From: Anolis carolinensis
Lineage: Eukaryota
NCBI RefSeq assembly: GCF_035594765.1
Contig: NC_085843.1
Span: 141,833,971-141,897,970, forward strand
Direction of reading: 5' to 3'
DNA: 64,000 nucleotides
A model generated the notes under the pieces. That model saw only the letters and a list, made by a program, of their open reading frames with translations, was not told the origin of the DNA and searched no databases. Below, one piece after another: positions 61,086-64,000 of this stretch. The translations under genes and the position numbers were made by a program. Every line of letters starts with the position of its first letter. Positions within the stretch are counted from its first letter, which is position 1.

Positions 61086-61416
61086 GGAGCCCCGGTGGCG
61101 AAGTGTGTTAAAGCACTGAGCTGTGAACTTACAGACCGAAAGGTCCCAGGTTCAAATCCCGGGAGTGGAGTGAGTACCCGCTGTTGCTCCAGCTTCTGCC
61201 AACCTAGCAGTTCGAAAACATGCCAATGTGAGTAGATCAATAGGTACCGCTCCGGCGGGAAGGTAACGGCGCTCCATGCAGTCATGCCGGCCTCATGACC
61301 TTGGAGGTGTCTACGGACAACACCGGCTCTTCGGCTTAGAAATGGAGATTAGCACCAACCCCCAGAGTCAGACGTGACTGGACTTAATGTCAGGGGAAAC
61401 CTTTACTTTTACCTTT
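61086..61416 (+). mobile_element. Sauria SINE, full length
   Basis: Box A/B head, (ACCTTT)n-like tail; 10-bp TSD AAGAGTTCAA. Confidence 0.92.
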
Positions 61417-61966
61417 AAGAGTTCAACTACATGACATTATCTAGGAATCTGTAATGATCCCAGTGTTAATTCCTCCTCTGACTCTAATACACATTTTTCT
61501 TTAATGTGAAGAAAGCAATCATCTATATCCTTGAGCTCACAGATAAAGGTGCTCTAACAGTAGGGAAAATGTCTTTGTGTTTAGAAGAAGATTCATTCTC
61601 AAATGTAACCTTGTCATTCACAGTAGAGATTCTGGGTTGTGTTCTCCATGAGGTCAGAAGCACATCAAGGGGAAAATTGGTGGACAGACATTTATGGTTA
61701 CATGTGTTTACGTTTAGACTTATAATGTTTCTTTTATATGAATGTGAAGCACTGAATATTTGCCATTTACTATGTTGTGAACCGCTTTGAGTCCCCCTAG
61801 GGGTGAGAAAAGCAGTATATAAATGAAATTTAAAAAAAAATAAACTAAGGGAACTCTCGATCCAAACACCTCTAAGTTTCCAGCAGAGTAAACATTCTGA
61901 TCAGCCCTGGAGATGCTGTAAATGAATTTTCTCCCATTACTTGCACAAGGAGATTCCTCACACCCC

Positions 61967-62006
<40 letters not shown>

Positions 62007-62016
62007 CTCAATCACT
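61967..62016. repeat. (ATCA)n microsatellite
   Basis: Direct read. Confidence 0.9.
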
Positions 62017-64000
62017 AACACGTGGAGTGAGAGAGAAAATCAAAACATACTAGTTAATTCCCTATCAACAAGAATGCAACAGCAAAATCCAGCGGCTCTG
62101 ACAAAGGACTCTGTCAGAAAGCATAGAATGGGTTCCTCAACTGCTAGGAATTAACTACCACCACCAGAGGTTAATTGTGATTCTTGACTACTACAAGCTC
62201 CTGGGGAAGTAGTATCTGCTATGCAAGGCAATTGTTTCTTCCTCCTGATGCAAGTCATGTAGGGATAACTGCAATGATTTTACAAATAGATTTGGAGAAA
62301 AAAAAATTCAGAACAAGGCATCACATACATGGATCGATCGTCCTTGGAGCAGTTAATATGGTAGAAGACAAATGCATACACTGTAGGACAATTCTGGAAA
62401 CCAAGCAAGCACCTACATGTGCTGGAGAACATTTGAAATTCTTAAAGTGTTCCTTTTATTTCAATAGCATAAAGTTGGCAGCCTTTGTCTTTGCATGCAT
62501 TTAAAGGTTTCCTCTTGTGAAACAACTTTTTCACAGAGAGTGAAATGAATGCACTCTCTGTTAACACTGACTGAGACTATATATTAAGGGCATAATAAAA
62601 AGGTATCGTATACCTAGTGTTTTTTAAAGTAGCATGCATATCACAACTTAACAATTAATTACATATTCAAGACAGTGGCTTTCAATAAATGTATTAAGAG
62701 ACAGCTGGTGGCATTTAATGGAAATGAATGTACAAAGTGTTCCTAACATAAAGTACAAGTTCTCTGTAATATAAGAGAACTTTTCTTTGAGATTTTGAAA
62801 GTACATTGCTGACAGTTATCATCTGAACACATTTGTAAAGCAGGATAAAGGGTAATATACTAATTTAAAAGGGAAAGGAATTATCAGCACAGATAATTAA
62901 CTTAATTACTCAACTGAAGTAATATCTAAAATGGTACCAGCATACCAAACATTGAGCTTCTCATATGTATAAAAAAAATCAAATCTCTGTATTTATTGAG
63001 CATGATGAAAAAAGACAATTCATTATGGTTAAAGAGTCAACATTCATTGCCTCCGTCCATCTTCAACTTGTCCTAATTCTAGGTAGCTCCTTTCTTCAGA
63101 AAGCTGCAAGATCAGTGTGATTTTGGGGGAAGAATTAGTTGGTGACTTTGCCCTGATGGTCATCTTTTTCCTAGTGTAGCAGCCTCAGGACCCTTGCAGT
63201 GAAAAAGGGGCAGAACAGCCTTATTCGGCTATTATATGAAATCATAGTGGCAAAACTCAGTGTTCTGACATTTACTCCAGCATGTCTGCCTCTGCTTCTC
63301 CATAATCCCTACTTATTACCTGCCAACAGCAGCAGAAGGGGGAGGGGAGCAGGAGCATGAAAATTTGAGGTCGTGTCTACACTGTAGAATTAATGCAGTT
63401 TGACACGACTTTTAACTGTCATACCTTAATTTTATGGAGTCGTGGAAGTTGAAGTTTTACAATGTCTTTAGCCCACTCTGCCAAAGAGTGCTAATGCCTT
63501 GCTAAACTATACTTCCCAGGATTCCATTACCTTGAGACATTGCAGTTAAAGTGGTGTTAAACTGGATTAATTCTACAGTGTAGGTTCACCCTAAAATTCT
63601 TCCTGGCTTGTTCATATGATACTAAACCATAAGATAAGTCAAAATCCACTTGTTTCCCCAGCTGTGCTGAGGAAAACAAAGTTGTGTCTTTGCAGGAGCC
63701 TTATGAGTAGCAAAACTATCTGGCAGGATACATTTCCCCAAATAAATAAATGCCAAATGGTGAAGTGATCACACAGAATAATATCTCTCTATGCCACTTG
63801 TGGTGGAATTGAGCTGTTACTATGATTTGCCCAAAGTAGGTGGGAACCTAGGTGCAATGTTAATAGTTTTTGTGTGAGCTACTATTTGTTATGGAGATTA
63901 TCATCATTTAAGTCAGAATGATCCATGTTTCAATACCAGCCATACTGAAATTAATAATTATGTTAAAAATACTAACCAAATTAATGGATTCAAGAGGTTG

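Noticed and set aside
48960-64000. Further upstream PIBF1 exons, including a candidate acceptor plus short ORF near 63045-63110
   Set aside because: No translation resembling the preceding PIBF1 exon; the candidate ends in a stop and is unlike PIBF1.

Overview
Vertebrate genomic DNA, almost certainly a squamate lizard (Anolis-like, judged from Sauria SINEs and the DNA-transposon/Penelope repertoire). Two protein-coding genes lie on the minus strand in the mammalian syntenic order. The last two coding exons of PIBF1 are at 48786-48959 and 46837-46893. About 31 kb downstream are the CpG-island promoter and coding exons 1-3 of KLF5 (15405-15578, 7871-8735, 5999-6058). KLF5 exon 4 (zinc fingers 2-3) was not found and presumably lies left of base 1. 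The rest is intronic or intergenic DNA dense with often nested mobile elements: Sauria, poly(A)-tailed and 5S-derived SINEs; CR1, L2, RTE and L1 fragments; Tigger/pogo, hAT and PIF-like MITEs; a Tc1 relic; a probable Helitron; and Penelope-like terminal repeats. Nearly all other ORFs in the track are spurious or TE-derived. The most notable hidden structure is a set of minimal hammerhead-ribozyme motifs in the Penelope repeats. One lies in the sense orientation in KLF5 intron 1 inside a ~400 bp inverted repeat; another keeps the full catalytic core. Other highlights are a (TTTC)20 microsatellite forming the polypyrimidine tract of the terminal PIBF1 exon, several non-TE hairpins, and DNA transposons resembling mammalian families. 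I cannot demonstrate a wholly new biological system from sequence alone. Repeat family names and human comparisons are from recall, not database searches.
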